This document shows positions 48,487 through 62,489 of a stretch of DNA of 64,000 nt, piece after piece. Position numbers and translations under genes: made by a program. The stretch comes from Paragordius varius (Eukaryota > Animalia > Nematomorpha). The notes under the pieces were generated by a model. That model made no database searches and was not told the DNA's origin. It was given only the letters and a program-made list of their open reading frames with translations. Every line of letters begins with the position of its first letter. The stretch's first letter is position 1. The DNA is taken from positions 4,340,001-4,404,000 of the forward strand of contig OZ176055.1 in NCBI GenBank assembly GCA_964247055.1. Direction: 5' to 3'.

Positions 48487-50314
48487 TTTATAATTTCTAT
48501 TTATAATTTTATTTAATTATCCTTTATCGTTATATTACGGATTTTAACAACTGTTATTACAAAACATAACCAATCCGTTAATTACCATTACAATATCTTT
48601 GTTAACCCAAATGCATTAAATTTAAATAAAAACTGAATTGAAACTCACATTACCTTTTATTTTTTTGTAAGCGACTAAAATATAGGGTGCCTTAATACCC
48701 TCGTTATTCTTATAAACACTATGCTAGTGAAAAAGTTTTTTGGTTATAAATTCATTATAAAACCTATCTCTCTTGTATTAGTTTAATTTATCTTTTTTAC
48801 AGTTATTAACTTTTAGAGACCCAAATTTGATATGTCAAAATGGATAACTTTTTGAGTTTTTGAAAGTTGGAATAATTTGCGTATCTTAAAAAGTATTTAA
48901 CAACCATCACCTTTTCACATTATATTTTTTATTCTTTGGGTTAGTTTGAGTTTGAAAGGTTTTTTATTCAAAATATAATTAACTAAAATTGTTATCATGT
49001 AATAGATAAGGTTTAAAATTTTTTATAGTTTTGGGATTTTTGGAGTTTAAAATTGGGACTCCAGAACACAGTTAAAACGCACAGCTGATGGTGAAATAAA
49101 TCAAATTTTTTTGGTAAAATGTATCATGAAAGCTTTTAAAAATTAATTATTTACATTTTCTAATATGCCTGTTACAATAAATATTTAAAAATGCATTACC
49201 TTTAGGGGTAGTTTATCCCAGAGCAATCTATAATTTGTAACTTATAAAGTAATTTAATTAAGCTGAATATAAATATTTAGGCGCATAATACATAAAAAAT
49301 ATATTAATCGTAAAAAAATCTTCAGCTCAAACTTTTTTGCCGTTATCTACATTTTTAAATTATCAATACAGTCATTAAATGATATTATGAAGGTGGATTA
49401 TTAACTTTAAAAAGCTTTTGAGCAGTATTTTACCAACATAAACCAGATATATTTAATTTTGAATATAAGCTGTTCGTTTCAATCGTATTTTGAAGCTGTT
49501 CCAATTTTGGACTCTTAAATTACATAACTGTATAAAATATTAGATACGGAGCAATGCTTTATAAATTAATTAAAATAACTTTCAAAAGAATGGTTAAATA
49601 CAAAAACGAGCTTTGGAATATAAAATTACCTCAATAAGTCTTCACGGACAAAAAAGGCGATGTCTTACTAATTTACAAATTGAAAAAAAGGTGTATATAC
49701 TTTACCGTAAATTTATTGAAAGCTATGCATTTTGATTTTATAATAAAGAAAACGGACTTGGCATAAACAAATTTTTGCATTATATAGAATATTTATTCAT
49801 TGTTGGGCAGTTAAATTGAATTATAAATATGCTTATAACAAATCCAATTCAGTCGAAGATATTGGTAATAGCAAAAAGAGAATGTCTTATTAGGCAATAA
49901 CAATAATTGGATGAATGTCATAATCTAGCATTTGAAATTATTTGCGCATCGGCTCTTATGGTTTTTTTAAAAACAAGTCTATTAGAGGCGGCAAGAATTT
50001 AACAGTTTCGCAGTCTACAAAAATAAAATATTTAAATATCTGAAAAGATAATTACATTAATATGTCTTATTGTTCTTCGTTAAGTGTTAATAATTTGTGA
50101 ACAACATATAAATAATTAAATATGTTTTTGATAATTTAAGAAATATATTGTTCATAAATTCGCGCTTTTATATAATTTATAAGGAAATACACTTTCTATT
50201 ATGTTTGATGATTACTGTATCAAATATTAGTTAGTTCATTATTACATATGTATTAGTTTATGGTTTAAATCCATTAAGATTTTTTTAATTTTTTGTCATT
50301 TTATATTCCTTAAA

Positions 50315-53300
50315 ATGTATCACATTGATAGACCTATATTTGAAAGAAATAATTTTGAACAGGAATTCCCCAAAAAATCCCACCGTAGCGGGGATAAGTT
50401 ACATCATTTCCTCCAAAATGCCAAAAATGACATTAAAAAAAGAAATAACAAAAAGATATGTGTTGGCTGGATTATAAATTTAATACCCTGTGTTTCATGG
50501 CTCCTAAATTATAAACAGTCCTTTCTATTACAAGATATCATTGCAGGATTAACAGTGGCATTTATGCATATTCCACAAAGTATTTATACATATAAATATA
50601 GGTATGGCTTATGTTGCCCTTGTTCCCTTACCCCCAGTTTATGGGCTTTACACTTCATTTTTTCCAGTTTTGGTGTATTGTTTTTTTGGTACTTCAAAAC
50701 ATATCTCACTCGGTAATATGACATATTCTAAATATTTATCGGCCAATTTTTCCAATATACTCTCATATATTAGTTAATATTTATATAATTAAGTATATTG
50801 ATATTATTATTTATGCCCTATGAGATTATATCGCAACAATGTTTGTAATTCAACACCCAAATAAATATTCATTGTTTTTATCATTCTAATTTTAACATTT
50901 TTAAAACAGGGCAGTTTTTTTTAACGGACACATTAACTATATTTTAATGCACTTATTGTAATATTAGGATAGAATGTATGCAAATTTTATATATATATAT
51001 ATTTTAAAACCTCACATTTTTTCTAAATAATGCAAACCGTTTGTCAATACTATGACTTAAAGATTATTGATATATTGTTATGTAACCTAATTTACCTTTT
51101 AAGCTACCCAATAGCTTTTATAGCAAAGGTTTCCGATTAGTTTTAATCAATTTATTCGTTATTTTTTTTAAACAATTTTAAACTTTTTTTATCTATAAAA
51201 ACATATTTTTTTTAATATTGATAAACTGAATTTTAAATTAATTATTTTGACTTGTGATAACGGTCGGTTATTATAACAATTACGGCCAATTTTTACGCCT
51301 TTCTGCTAAAATTTGTAACATTTTTTTTGCTCTAGGCTAATTTATTTTTTAATCAATTTATCATTTTATGATTCTAAGAAAAACAATAATAGTCATCAAC
51401 TGTCGTTATCTAATTTTTGATATTCAATATAGGTTTTTAAAACACGATTTTTTTGTTATTTATTGCATATTTCTACAAAATAAAACCAATACCGTGTTTA
51501 ATTTGAATAATGTATTATCATCAGCAATTCTTAAAGTTCATCATTCGAAATGATAAACTGCGATTTCACAATCAGGCCTTTTTAGATATATAAATATAAA
51601 CTCAAAATTCAAATTTCGTCCAAAATGTAATCATTGAAAGATAATTTTATATTAAATTAATATAAGTCGCTTTAGAATTTTACCACAATTATGGTTTTGC
51701 TTTTTCTAGGAACTTATGCCGTAGTATCTATTATGATTGGTAACGTTGTCACATCCAACTTGAATGCTCATACAAAATCCTTAAAATCTCTCGACACTTT
51801 TTCAAATGTATCATCTCAAACCAATTTGTTAACTAGTATTTCTACACCTTCACCTCAAGATGCCAAAATTCAATTAGCAATAAGCATTGCACTTTCTATT
51901 AGTCTGCTAGTTGGAATTATGCAAGTAAAGTTTTTATTAGTAGTTTAATTATTTTATTTCAAATTATAAAGTCTCGTTGAGGGCTTTTTAGGTCATTAAA
52001 CTATTTTCGCATTTCTATATGTCGGTCGGAATATTTATATGTTATTTGTCGTTTTTTTCACATAATTTTTTAATCCATTTTTTTATTTAATTCACGAAAT
52101 ATTTATTTTTTTTCAATGCGTTTGACCATGATAAATTTAAAATTTATTGCATTAATAATATTAAACTAAAATTAACCTGTATTTTACCTAAATTTTTGTT
52201 TAGATAGCGATGGGAATTTTTCGGATTGGTTTTATTACAATGTACATGTCTACTCCGATCGTTCGAGGTTTTACTACAGGCGCTGCTTTTTACGTGTTTA
52301 GCTCACAGCTTCAACCTCTTTTTGGACTTTCCAATTTGGATAAATATCAGGGTGCGTTCAGTTTACTCAAGGTTTGTGGCTAATTTACAATTAATTATAT
52401 AATAAATGTTTTTTTTAAAAATATATGGAATGGTATATCTATAATTATTTATATTCTAAACAATTTAAATAATTTCAATTATCCTAAAGAATATGTGGTT
52501 AAAATCTAGTTTGATTAAATTTTGAGGATAAAAATTTTGGAAAACTTACATATTTATTATACCTATAAATTTATTATAATATATATATATATATATATAT
52601 TCACTGATTTTCTCTAATTAATTTAACCCATGTCTAGGAATATTTGTAAAAATGTTAAGTAATAATAATAAATTATATCTTATTAGACTTGGTATGAATT
52701 TGCCGCAAATCTTCGTTATTCACACATACCGACAGTTGCGCTCTCTATCACATGTATATTGGTTCTCATAAGCACAAAAGCGCTAACTTCTCGTTTTAAA
52801 AGTTATATTCGCTATCCGATACCGATCGAATTTTTATTGGTTTATATAATTAAATATTAAATATTTATGTGAATGTTGTGTTTAAAACTTAGATATCTAG
52901 TGATTTGATTAGTTTTTAATATATATTTGTGGCTACCTATTTTTAACGATAAAAACATCTCATTTTAAGTTATCATAATCAACTTTCTATATTATAATAT
53001 TCTATTAATAATATGAACTTTGTCTAAGTGTAATTTCATGGATATAAAAATGTAATAATGACGGTTCTAGCCTTATAATAATTATTTTATTATTGCTAAT
53101 AGATTTTGATAGGAACTGGTGTTTCATACTATTTGAATCTAAAAAAGAACGGTATTAAAGTTGTTGGAAAGATCCCTGAAGGGTAATTATTTTTATATTT
53201 TAACATATTGGCGTATCTTTGATAAATTAAAATTATAATGGCAATGTATTTTTAGTAAATTTAATATAATATACTCTTAAAATTTGATATATTTCTATTA

Positions 53301-56300
53301 AAAAAATATTGCTCTTTTTAAATGTAGTAAAATTATCATTAATTTTTTTTGCTTGTATATATTAGATTACCGAGTTTTCAGATTCCAACAACTAAGTATT
53401 GGTCTTCCAGTATACCCTCGGCTTTTGCAATAGCAATGGTAGCGTTCTTTACTTCCTATAGTATGGCTAAAATATTGGGCGAAAAACATAACTATGATGT
53501 TAGTTCAAATAAGGTAGAAACAACATTCAAATTTTATGATTTCCATTTTCAAAACATTTTACATTTTGACGAATTAGCGAATTCTGGATATATCATAATT
53601 TATTTATCATAAAGTGAAAACAATGTATATTTTCTGGGATTTATATTTAAATTTTTATAAACTCTAATAGGAATTATTTGCTTACGGTTTGGCATCAACG
53701 ATAGGCAGTTGTTTTTCAGCAATTGCTTGTAGTGCTTCACTCTCACGCAGTTTGGTTCAAGAAAATGTTGGAGGACAGACTCAGGTTTTAAAAAAAAAAA
53801 CGATAGTGTTACGCACAAAAATCGCGAGGATTTTTAATAATTTATTTTGCACTTTATTTTAAGTTTAATTTTAAATAATTGTTTGTTAGATATATCTTAC
53901 TGTGTTTCTTTAAAATAATTAAATTGTTAAATTTAATTTTCAGATATAAACTATTTCATTGTTTTTACAACTTGGATAATTAAAAATTATTCGATTAAGT
54001 TTTCAGTACAAATGTTTTATCAATAAAAGTCAAACACCTATATTTTAAATTTTCTGTAGCTTACCGGATTCATATCTTGCCTTTTACTTTTAGCCGTTAT
54101 CCTTAAAATTGGGCCAATTTTTGAACCCTTACCGCGGGTATATACATTAATTCTGTTTTTGAAATACATTTATTATTTTCTTTTTTATCAATTATTCAAT
54201 AATTTGCACAGATAATAATTAATCTATTTGTGTGATTTAAGGCAATTTTAGCTGCAATCATTATGGTAGCATTACGTGGAATGTTTTATCAATTGTGTGA
54301 TGTCCCACAACTATATAGAAAAAATCGTGTTGATATGGTGATTTATTATTACATAATTATTGATTTAAAGCTCGTTGTACATAATTTAAAACGATAAAAC
54401 GTTTTATATATCTAGTCCATATTTTTGGTGACTTTCTTTGCTACGGTGATTCTTGATGTTGATATTGGATTAGCCATTGGTGTCTTGTATGGCCTTTTAA
54501 CGTTAATAGTAAGGACGCAAAGGTAGTTTTCACTTTCTTATACTAAAAAAATCCTTACGTTTGTAATATACATCATAGTTTTAGAGTACAAAATTACATT
54601 TTTATTTTTTAATTGGATGGTGCATCCAATTTTTTTAATTATAATTTTAAATTTGTTTTTACACAAACAAATATTTATTGAATATCATTATACTGCTCCA
54701 CAAAAATATAATATTTTTAGCTGTAATTTTCCAAAATATTATATAAATAGACCATCAATCAAAGTTTTGGGACATTTACCAAACACAGAAATGTATGCAG
54801 ACCTAAATAAATATTCTTCAGTAATTGATTTCATTATTATTTTGATCTTAAAAATAATTTATAACGCATCGTTTTTTTTCGTAATATTGAAGGCTCAACC
54901 AATACCTGGAATTTTGATATACTCATTCAATTGTTTCATATATTACGCAAATGCTACTATATTCCGCGATAATCTATATAATAAGTATAAATGGGCTGAG
55001 GCCACTAATCAAATGGTTTTCACAAATGAAGAAAATACATCTCCAACTTCTCACAAAAAAATAAGTTATTATTTGCTAAATATCATTTTTTAGCTCTCTT
55101 AATAATAAATTTTAATTTGTTGCCCAAATGTTTATACTTTTTAAAATTTTGATTTTAACTATTTAGATGGAATAACTAATGGGAAATTATCTCCGCTCAG
55201 AATACGGAAACCACATAGCAGTGTTGATTTAAATGATCACCATATGAAAATATTGGATCGTTCACATAGCGTATATTTTACTATCTAATACCATACCTTT
55301 TCCACAACTATAAACATTATTTTTTACAAAAGGACAAAAAAATTATTATAATTTCCACTTCATTTGAAGCTGTTTTCGAGTGGAAGATAATGCCTTTTTT
55401 AAAAAATGCTGATGATGTGTTAAAATGAGAAAAATATATTATTGTGAAATTTTTTTACGCATAAAAGGCAAATTCGTATCAAATATTATAAAGAATAAAT
55501 TTATCTATCCTATATTGAAAATAGACATTTACGCCCGTGGAGTTGGTCAAACATATTAAAAAGACATCTACCCTTAGTCCAAATAAAAACGGTATATCGA
55601 TTTGAATGATATGTTACAAATTAAATAAAAAATTTACCTTTGCTATATCATTATTTAAATCAGGGGTGTCCAACACAAAAGGACTTTGAGTGCCGCATTT
55701 GTGGGCATTCATATGCAAAAAAATAATATAACAATTTTTTCTGCTTCTTGCCAAATGGATCGACTTGTTAATTAAAATTGTTTAGGAAATATCATTTTAC
55801 TAAGATTTTATAAGCATATTTTCGCAAATTATCATTTGCCAAATTTTTTAGATAAAGTCTTGGAAGACCGCATGCTGTCCACTGGCCGCCTGTTAAACCC
55901 TGATTTATATATAATAAATGCTTATCAGATATTTGAAATATCCCAAACCTTTACTTATTTTCTATAACAAATCTCCTTTTACCTTTATAAATTTTTATTA
56001 CAAATATTCCAAATACACATTGTATAAAAATTTGATTGATTTTTATCCCTTTTTGTCATTTTGCATTAATATTACAGATGATCGTTCCAGTCGGAAAAAT
56101 AGTAACAATGCTTACGAAAACGATATAATAGAAGATGAATTTGGGGATGCACCTCCAAACGTGCTTACTCGTTACAATAGCCTCATTGAGTCCGGGACTC
56201 GACCTATCGTTCAACTTGTCCGGGATCCTTTCAGCCCTTTACCCATTTTAACTGCCGTTGAAATAGGTTCTGAAGAAACTAGGAATGACGGAAAAACTAA

Positions 56301-58296
56301 GGAAATTGAAAACGACGAAAGTAGTAGTAATCAAATTTCTACCACCGTTAATATAGATAATGATACTGGAAACAGGTTAAACATTTTTTTAACTCACGAA
56401 AGACACATACTCACCTCTTACATAGGCGTTAATATCCAACAATATGAATATATATATATACCAAGTATAGTCATAAGTTTTTACCGGTTTTTTGTATAAA
56501 TACATGTAATTTCGAAACAAAATCCATTATTTATTTTATCAAAATTGTACATCGGCTTTCATACATTTCACTTTTGGGCCAGAAAAACTGATTAATTTTG
56601 CGGCAAAATATTCGCCAAGCCATTTTCTAACGTTTTCGAAATTATTGAAGTGCTGCTCAGCGGTGAAACCGTGTTTCCCATAAATAAATAATAGAGCATG
56701 ATCACCATATGTTACTTGCAAACGATAAATCAACACCCTTTTTTTGGTGGTAATGCGGGCCGCAAAAATTTTCTTTCAGGCACAAAATTCGACAATATTA
56801 TTGAATGATAAAAATAAGTCCCTAGTTTTTTGTAGACTCAACTTATGTGTGTGTGTGTTTGGCGTTTAGTGTCAGATGAACAAAATGTGGTATGTATCAA
56901 ATTAATTGTCTGTGTACTTTTCGCTGACGTCTTCTGAAACCAGTGATAACTTATGAATACACCTAATATATATATATAATATATATATATTGATGGATCT
57001 ATTGTGTTTTAATTAATTTTATAACTATGGCAAAATAGACTATTTATATTCATTTTTTGGAATTTTACATTAAACCTTTATTGTTTTAAACCAATTAGAT
57101 TTTTTTGCGAATCCAGAGTTTTCATATTTAAACGAAAGATTATTAATTTAATTTTCTTTTTTGAAAAAAATAACAGAGAAACCGAAAAGCCTAAAAATTT
57201 GAAAAATTTGCCACAAACAATACTTTCCAATATCCGTTCATTCATTAGTGGTTCTAATGATGTGGCTAAAAATTTGTCAGAACCAAAACAAAACAATCTA
57301 TCCTTTTTATCTAACAAGAAAAAAAGACAACCAGAAAAAACTGATGTCTCGAAGGACGTTGATGAAATTACAAAAAAATTAAATGAGCCAAAAAAAGAAG
57401 TTGAAATAAATGGGAAAGTAAATTCAATTGCACCTTTGACCCCAACTACTGAACAATCTATAAGAATTGGAGATTCTGTAAATTCTGATTTGGTCAAAAG
57501 TGCTCCTGAATTTCATGCTAAGGTATTTGGTTTTCACATTTTTTTATCAGTCGAGTAATAAATTTGACTTTTTTAGCACACTGGTTTTTTATACCAGATA
57601 ATTATTGATTTTTTTGGTTCAAAAACTATTTTTTTCGTTTTTGAAGTAACATATCTTATTATATAACATAAATCCAAAAAAGTGATTCAATGTTATGATG
57701 GCTAAAATACTCACAAACTAAATTATATCACTTTAGCGGTTGTATCTTTAATGATTTTAATTAACTGTAAATTGCATGGTAATTTATAAGTTATTATTAA
57801 TGCTGTTTTTAAAAAGCTCATTATTTGTAATACTAATTGTTTGATAGACCAATTGCTTAATTGATATATATATATATATATATATATCGCAAAAATATTA
57901 AACCAACCCATAAATTCTAATTGTATTTTACCTTAAATATTAATAGAATGTCAAAGCCATAATTATTGATTATACTTATGTTTCATTCGTGGATACTGTG
58001 GGCATTGAAACACTTGTGCAGGTAATATATTTTCTAAAATATTAATTGGACCCACAAAATATTCATTAATTATTATTATTATTCCTAAAAAACCTTATTT
58101 ACAATCTTATACTATTTTTTATGCTACTTAGATCGTGAAAGATTTTAAAGAAATTGGAGTCCATCTCTATTTTGCCGCATGTAATGATAATGTGATGGAT
58201 GCCCTTGAAAGATCTAAATTTACCGAACACTTTGGACGCGATCAAATATTTTTAACGATACACGATGCAGTGTTAAATGCAACATCACTTTTATAA
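50315..58296 (+). CDS. SLC26 family anion exchanger (prestin/pendrin/SLC26A6-like) with STAS domain
   Basis: Phase-consistent exons for most of the gene: [11 protein letters not shown]...[19 protein letters not shown]...[32 protein letters not shown]...GFTTGAA...[38 protein letters not shown]...STAS ([11 protein letters not shown]; [19 protein letters not shown]; FLTIHDAV*). One junction in the STAS insert (55270-56078) is unresolved. Confidence 0.92.
55661..55902 (+). mobile_element. hAT MITE in an SLC26 intron
   Basis: Ends caggggtgtccaac and gttaaaccctg, with an 8-bp flanking duplication ATTTAAAT/ATTTATAT (7 of 8 match). The terminal ~40 bp are shared with the MITE at 8010-8258. Confidence 0.8.
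56461..56966 (-). mobile_element. Internally deleted Mos1-like mariner in an SLC26 intron
   Basis: TA-flanked ~30-bp imperfect TIRs (CCAAGTATAGTCATAAGTTTTTACCGGTTT / TTAGGTGTATTCATAAGTTATCACTGGTTT). Residual peptide [21 protein letters not shown] resembles the Mos1 C-terminus (EQRFDSYESVKKWLDEWFAAK). Confidence 0.75.
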
Positions 58297-58670
58297 ATTA
58301 TTTAGTTATCAGAGTTTTTGTAAGAAAGAAAAATTAGTATTTTTTTGTTACCTTACTAAAAATAATCAAAAACAATTTATATAACCCAACAATTACATTA
58401 TAATCATTGGTACTATTTATTTTTTAAGATTTATAATGATTCAAATGGATGTTCGGAAACAATTATTAATGTATTTTTTAATTAGCTGGCAAAAATTTAT
58501 TTTGTTAAACTACTAATAAATTATATTATGTGACATATATTTATTAATTTTTCTAAATTACTGCGAACTATAAATGATCTAATTTTATCTAACAATAATC
58601 ATATTTAAAACAAATAGACATATTTAAATTAATAAATATCTCATTGAGGTAATATGTTATATAGTATATA

Positions 58671-59649
58671 CCAAGTGTAGTCATAAGTATTTAACGGTTT
58701 TTTGGTAAAAATACATTTAATTTTAAAGGAAATCAATTTGCTCAAAATATATCCATTGGCTTATATCATTCGCCCATCTTTCAGGTAGCATATGATTGTC
58801 ATGCCAGAAAAAAACCGATTGTTTTTTGCGACAAACCATTCGTTAAGCCATTTTCCAGCCTCTTTATCTACATGTTGCTCTACAATGTGCTCCATTGATG
58901 CGAAAATGTATTGGTAAGAGAGCGGCAGGTCAGGAGAGTTCAGCGGATGCGAATGAAATTCCTATTTATACATATAACGTTATGTAATAACGGTTTTACC
59001 GGGTTTTAAAAGTTTATAATGCCAATACCAATCCGTTTCCCCCAGACACAGAGCATGAAAGTGAACGCCATAATTTTTCCCACTTTGGCAAAATAAATTT
59101 ATTTCTTATCCCCCATAGAATGCAAAAAAGACTTTTGTGGCGTTTAGTCAAAATATCACAAGTCACTTTGCGAATTTCGATTTGACGTTTTTCAAATTGT
59201 GTCCATTTACCAAGTATCTCTTTACCGTTGCTCGTTGACGTCTGTAGAGTTTTTTGGATACATGTGATGCTTCTGCCATGTTAAGTCAGCATCCAAATAC
59301 TTTTGCACTTAATTGTTGTGGTTGCCGGAGCGCCCACTCCCTTTAACCTTGAAATCACATTTTTTTTAAACTATGGATTACATGTTTTAACAGATGGAAC
59401 ATGTTAACCATATGTCTGTACAAGCAAAGAATGACTTTTAACAGCCTTTTTCTTCTGACGAAAAAAGAGTAATGCATGCCGCGAATGTTATTTTTCAAGC
59501 ACAAAATTGACATGATTACTAGATGATAAAAATAAGACGCTACCTTCCAGCAAACTTAAATTGTGTGTGTTTGTAGTTTCAGATGGAAATGAGGTATGTA
59601 TCAAATAAATCGTCTCTTAAGTAAGACGGTAATGACATACTGCAACTGG
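58671..59649 (-). mobile_element. Decayed Mos1-like mariner (longer copy)
   Basis: The left end ccaagtgtagtcataagt is shared with 56461. The minus strand keeps N-terminal transposase remnants (HALLFFF.QKKKAVKSH.LLVQTYG.HVPSVKTC; compare Mos1 KKTAAESHRMLVEAFGEQVPTVKTC) and C-terminal remnants. The right TIR is poorly conserved. Confidence 0.7.
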
Positions 59650-59949
59650 TATAATCATCAAAACATTTTCCGGAAAATATGTAAACCAATTCAAATTTAA
59701 TAATGGATGTTTTTTGTACCATACTTAAGGTGACCAGATTTTTTGAAGGAAAAAGCGGGACAAATCTGAGAAGGGGGGGGGGGTGTGGGGGTCATTGGGG
59801 GGTACAACCAAAAAATTTTATACAAAAAATTTATTGTAATATTTATTTATTTTAAACAAAATACATTATAAATATAAGAAAATTTGTACCTTACAGGTTG
59901 TTTGTACCTTATTCAATAAATTATGTGCACGAACAAAGGGTGAAGTGAT

Positions 59950-60710
59950 TGTAATATTCTAGAAAAAAATAATAAAGACGAAATCATCACAAATTGCGCT
60001 GGGTGATGCAAGAAGCGGCACAAAAAATATTTTTAACAATTTAGCGAATAATCTTAACCAAAACATTATTGGCAGATACACAACGCTATTCAAACAGCTA
60101 CTGATTTGTTACCCCTGGATGTGGAAAATATAGATGTTAAAATGCTTGGATATTGTAGAACTGTTGGTTAGCTCTTTTGCCAGCGATTGAAATATTTATA
60201 AAAATGTGATCTCCTAGAACCCTATTTTTTATCACAGGACAAAGGTCAAAATTCCAAGTCAAAAAAGGTTAGAAAATAATTTTATACCATTACCTAATCG
60301 CAATATTATAAAGCATCCAGAAAAACAAGGCTCAATGAATAGCCAGAATATAAAAATGTTTTTTACAAACAGAAACGATTATTTGGAAGACAAGACGGTG
60401 CACAATGACACTTTTGTATGAAGTCTCATTATTAAATAAATATATTGAATGAAAACTTATATTATGGACAACAGAAAAAAATACTTAGGATAGAAATGGT
60501 TAAAATAATCATTTTTAAACAAATTATGTTCCATACAATAATATTTTAATTGTAGAATTTGCATTATCTTTACCTGAACCACTGCTATTGAACGCGTTTT
60601 TCCACAGTAAATTAAGTAAGGACACGGAATCAAATTTAAATGTTGAATAAAAGCCATTTTATGTGTTAAAATATAATTTGACAAATGAAGACTTATACAA
60701 TATTTTAAGT
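59950..60710 (+). pseudogene. Inverted, deleted second copy of the hAT transposase sequence inside the Blackjack element
   Basis: The plus-strand segment around 60075-60142 matches the reverse complement of ~61760-61828 at 64 of 68 nt. 60560-60710 mirrors the dimerisation-domain region at ~60800-60970. Confidence 0.75.
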
Positions 60711-60743
60711 AATTTTGTTTTTTAACACAAAAAAGAAATTATT

Positions 60744-62489
60744 TTATTCTTTGGTATATTTTTTGTTTGAGTGAATGCGTTTTAGCAGATTGTCATCATT
60801 TTTTAAAATATTGTAGAAGTCTTCACAAGAATTTGTCAAATTATATTTGACAGATAAAACGGCCTTTAAAGTTTCAACATTTAAATTTGATTTTTCCGAT
60901 GTCGACACCTGATTTACTGTGAATAAAACGCGCACAGTAGCAGCGTTGGTTCCAGGTAAAGATAGTGCGAATTCCACAATTTTTAAAATATTATTGTATG
61001 TAATATAGTTGGCTTCAAAATGATGAAATATTTCCAACCATTTCTTTTCTACTGTATATTTTTCTTTTGTCCATAATTTAAGTTTTTCATTATTAATATA
61101 TCTTTTAACTAATGATTCTTCAGAAAAAAGATCATTTTCTGAAAGATTACTTTTTGAGAATTTTTGGGAACAGATATAATCAAATGATTTTTGAACATCG
61201 CACCAATTAAATTTTGATTTTAATGTTATCCAATGAAAATGATCAATTCCATTGAATTGTGTAGTCCAGTCTTCTAAATAATCTTTACAGTTTGTATAAA
61301 ACATTTTTATATGTTACAGGATATCTTGGCGATTAATTTAGCCTTGTTTTTCTAAATTATTTATTATATTGCGGATAATGGTATAAAATTATTTTCTAAC
61401 CGTTCTTGACATTGGAATTTTAGGTTACTAACTTCATTGGCTACTTCGATTGCCTAAATTTTGTCACCTTCTATAAATTTAATAACATTTTGAAAGAGAG
61501 TAGCTTGATTATGTTAGAATTCTAACCATATTTTTGAAGAGTCACTTTCAAAAAACTTTTTTAAGTTGTAGGACATTTGTCCTGTGATACAAAAATGATT
61601 TTAAAGGATCATACATTTTTGAAATTCTTTCGATAGCTGGCATAAAAGCTAACCAACGAGTTTTACAATATCCAAGCATTTTTTGATATTGAACTTCTGC
61701 ATTTTCACAGAATTCTTTAAGCGTTTCAACACGTACCGTTTATATATAAAAAATATATTTTAACAACTACATTTTCCACATCTAGGGGTAACAAATCAGC
61801 AGCTGTTTGAATAGCGTTGTGTATTATATGCGCTTCACACCCATCGCCAATAATGTTTCGATTAAGATTTACTGCTAATTTATAAAAAATATTTTTTGTT
61901 CCCCTTCTTGCTTTTCCGAAGTTCGTATTGGTGTTGTCAGCGCAATATGCGATGATTTGGTCTTTTAAATTATTATTTTTCTTGAATATTCATTATTGAT
62001 AAAAATTAATTATTAAAGTGGGAAATAATTTTGTTTCCTTGTGATTTAATGCATCAGAGTATAGCAATATGAAATTAATTTTCAGAAAATCTTTTTGTAT
62101 TTCAGAAAATGCATGTGGCGAAAGGACATTGGATACAATGGCTTCAACCTTTGTACGGGCACATGTAAATTTTTTATTGATTAAGGTACGAATAATCTGT
62201 GAAGGACATCTAAAATGATTGTAATTAACGGCGAAACGTAGTGACAAATCCTTTTCTTCCTCTCCAAAAGCGGTTTTTGATAAAAATCGCTCATTTTGTA
62301 AGATGATGCCGCCATATCTAAACATTTTAATGTTTTTGTGTTTCCATATGCTTGCTTGCCGCCATGTGCTAAGGTGAAATCCCCCTCGCATAAAGAGCAT
62401 TTAACAAATGATTTATTCTTCGTTTTTTTGATAAAAGGAAATTCTTATATTAATTCATCGGTAAATTTACAACCTCTTTTTGTACTCAT
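60744..62489 (-). pseudogene. hAT transposase pseudogene (zinc finger, catalytic core, C-terminal dimerisation domain)
   Basis: MSTKRGCKF...VKCSLC...; KFTCARTKVEAIV; D(A)LNHK; ADNTNTNFG; GCEAHIIHN; KTRWLAFMPAIER; LSLPGTNAAT.RV. Interrupted by stops and frameshifts. Confidence 0.85.

Larger units (their letters stand above)
48011..48561. repeat. ~550-bp near-perfect palindrome (arms ~250 bp, spacer ~59 nt) upstream of PLK4
   Basis: 48011-48262 is the reverse complement of 48322-48561 apart from a few substitutions and short indels. Confidence 0.95.

Noticed and set aside
59701-59725. Target-site duplication for the Blackjack element
   Set aside because: The 8-mers flanking the TIRs differ (accatact versus ctaatgga). 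The shared taatggatg is offset by 16 nt on the left, so it is not a canonical TSD.
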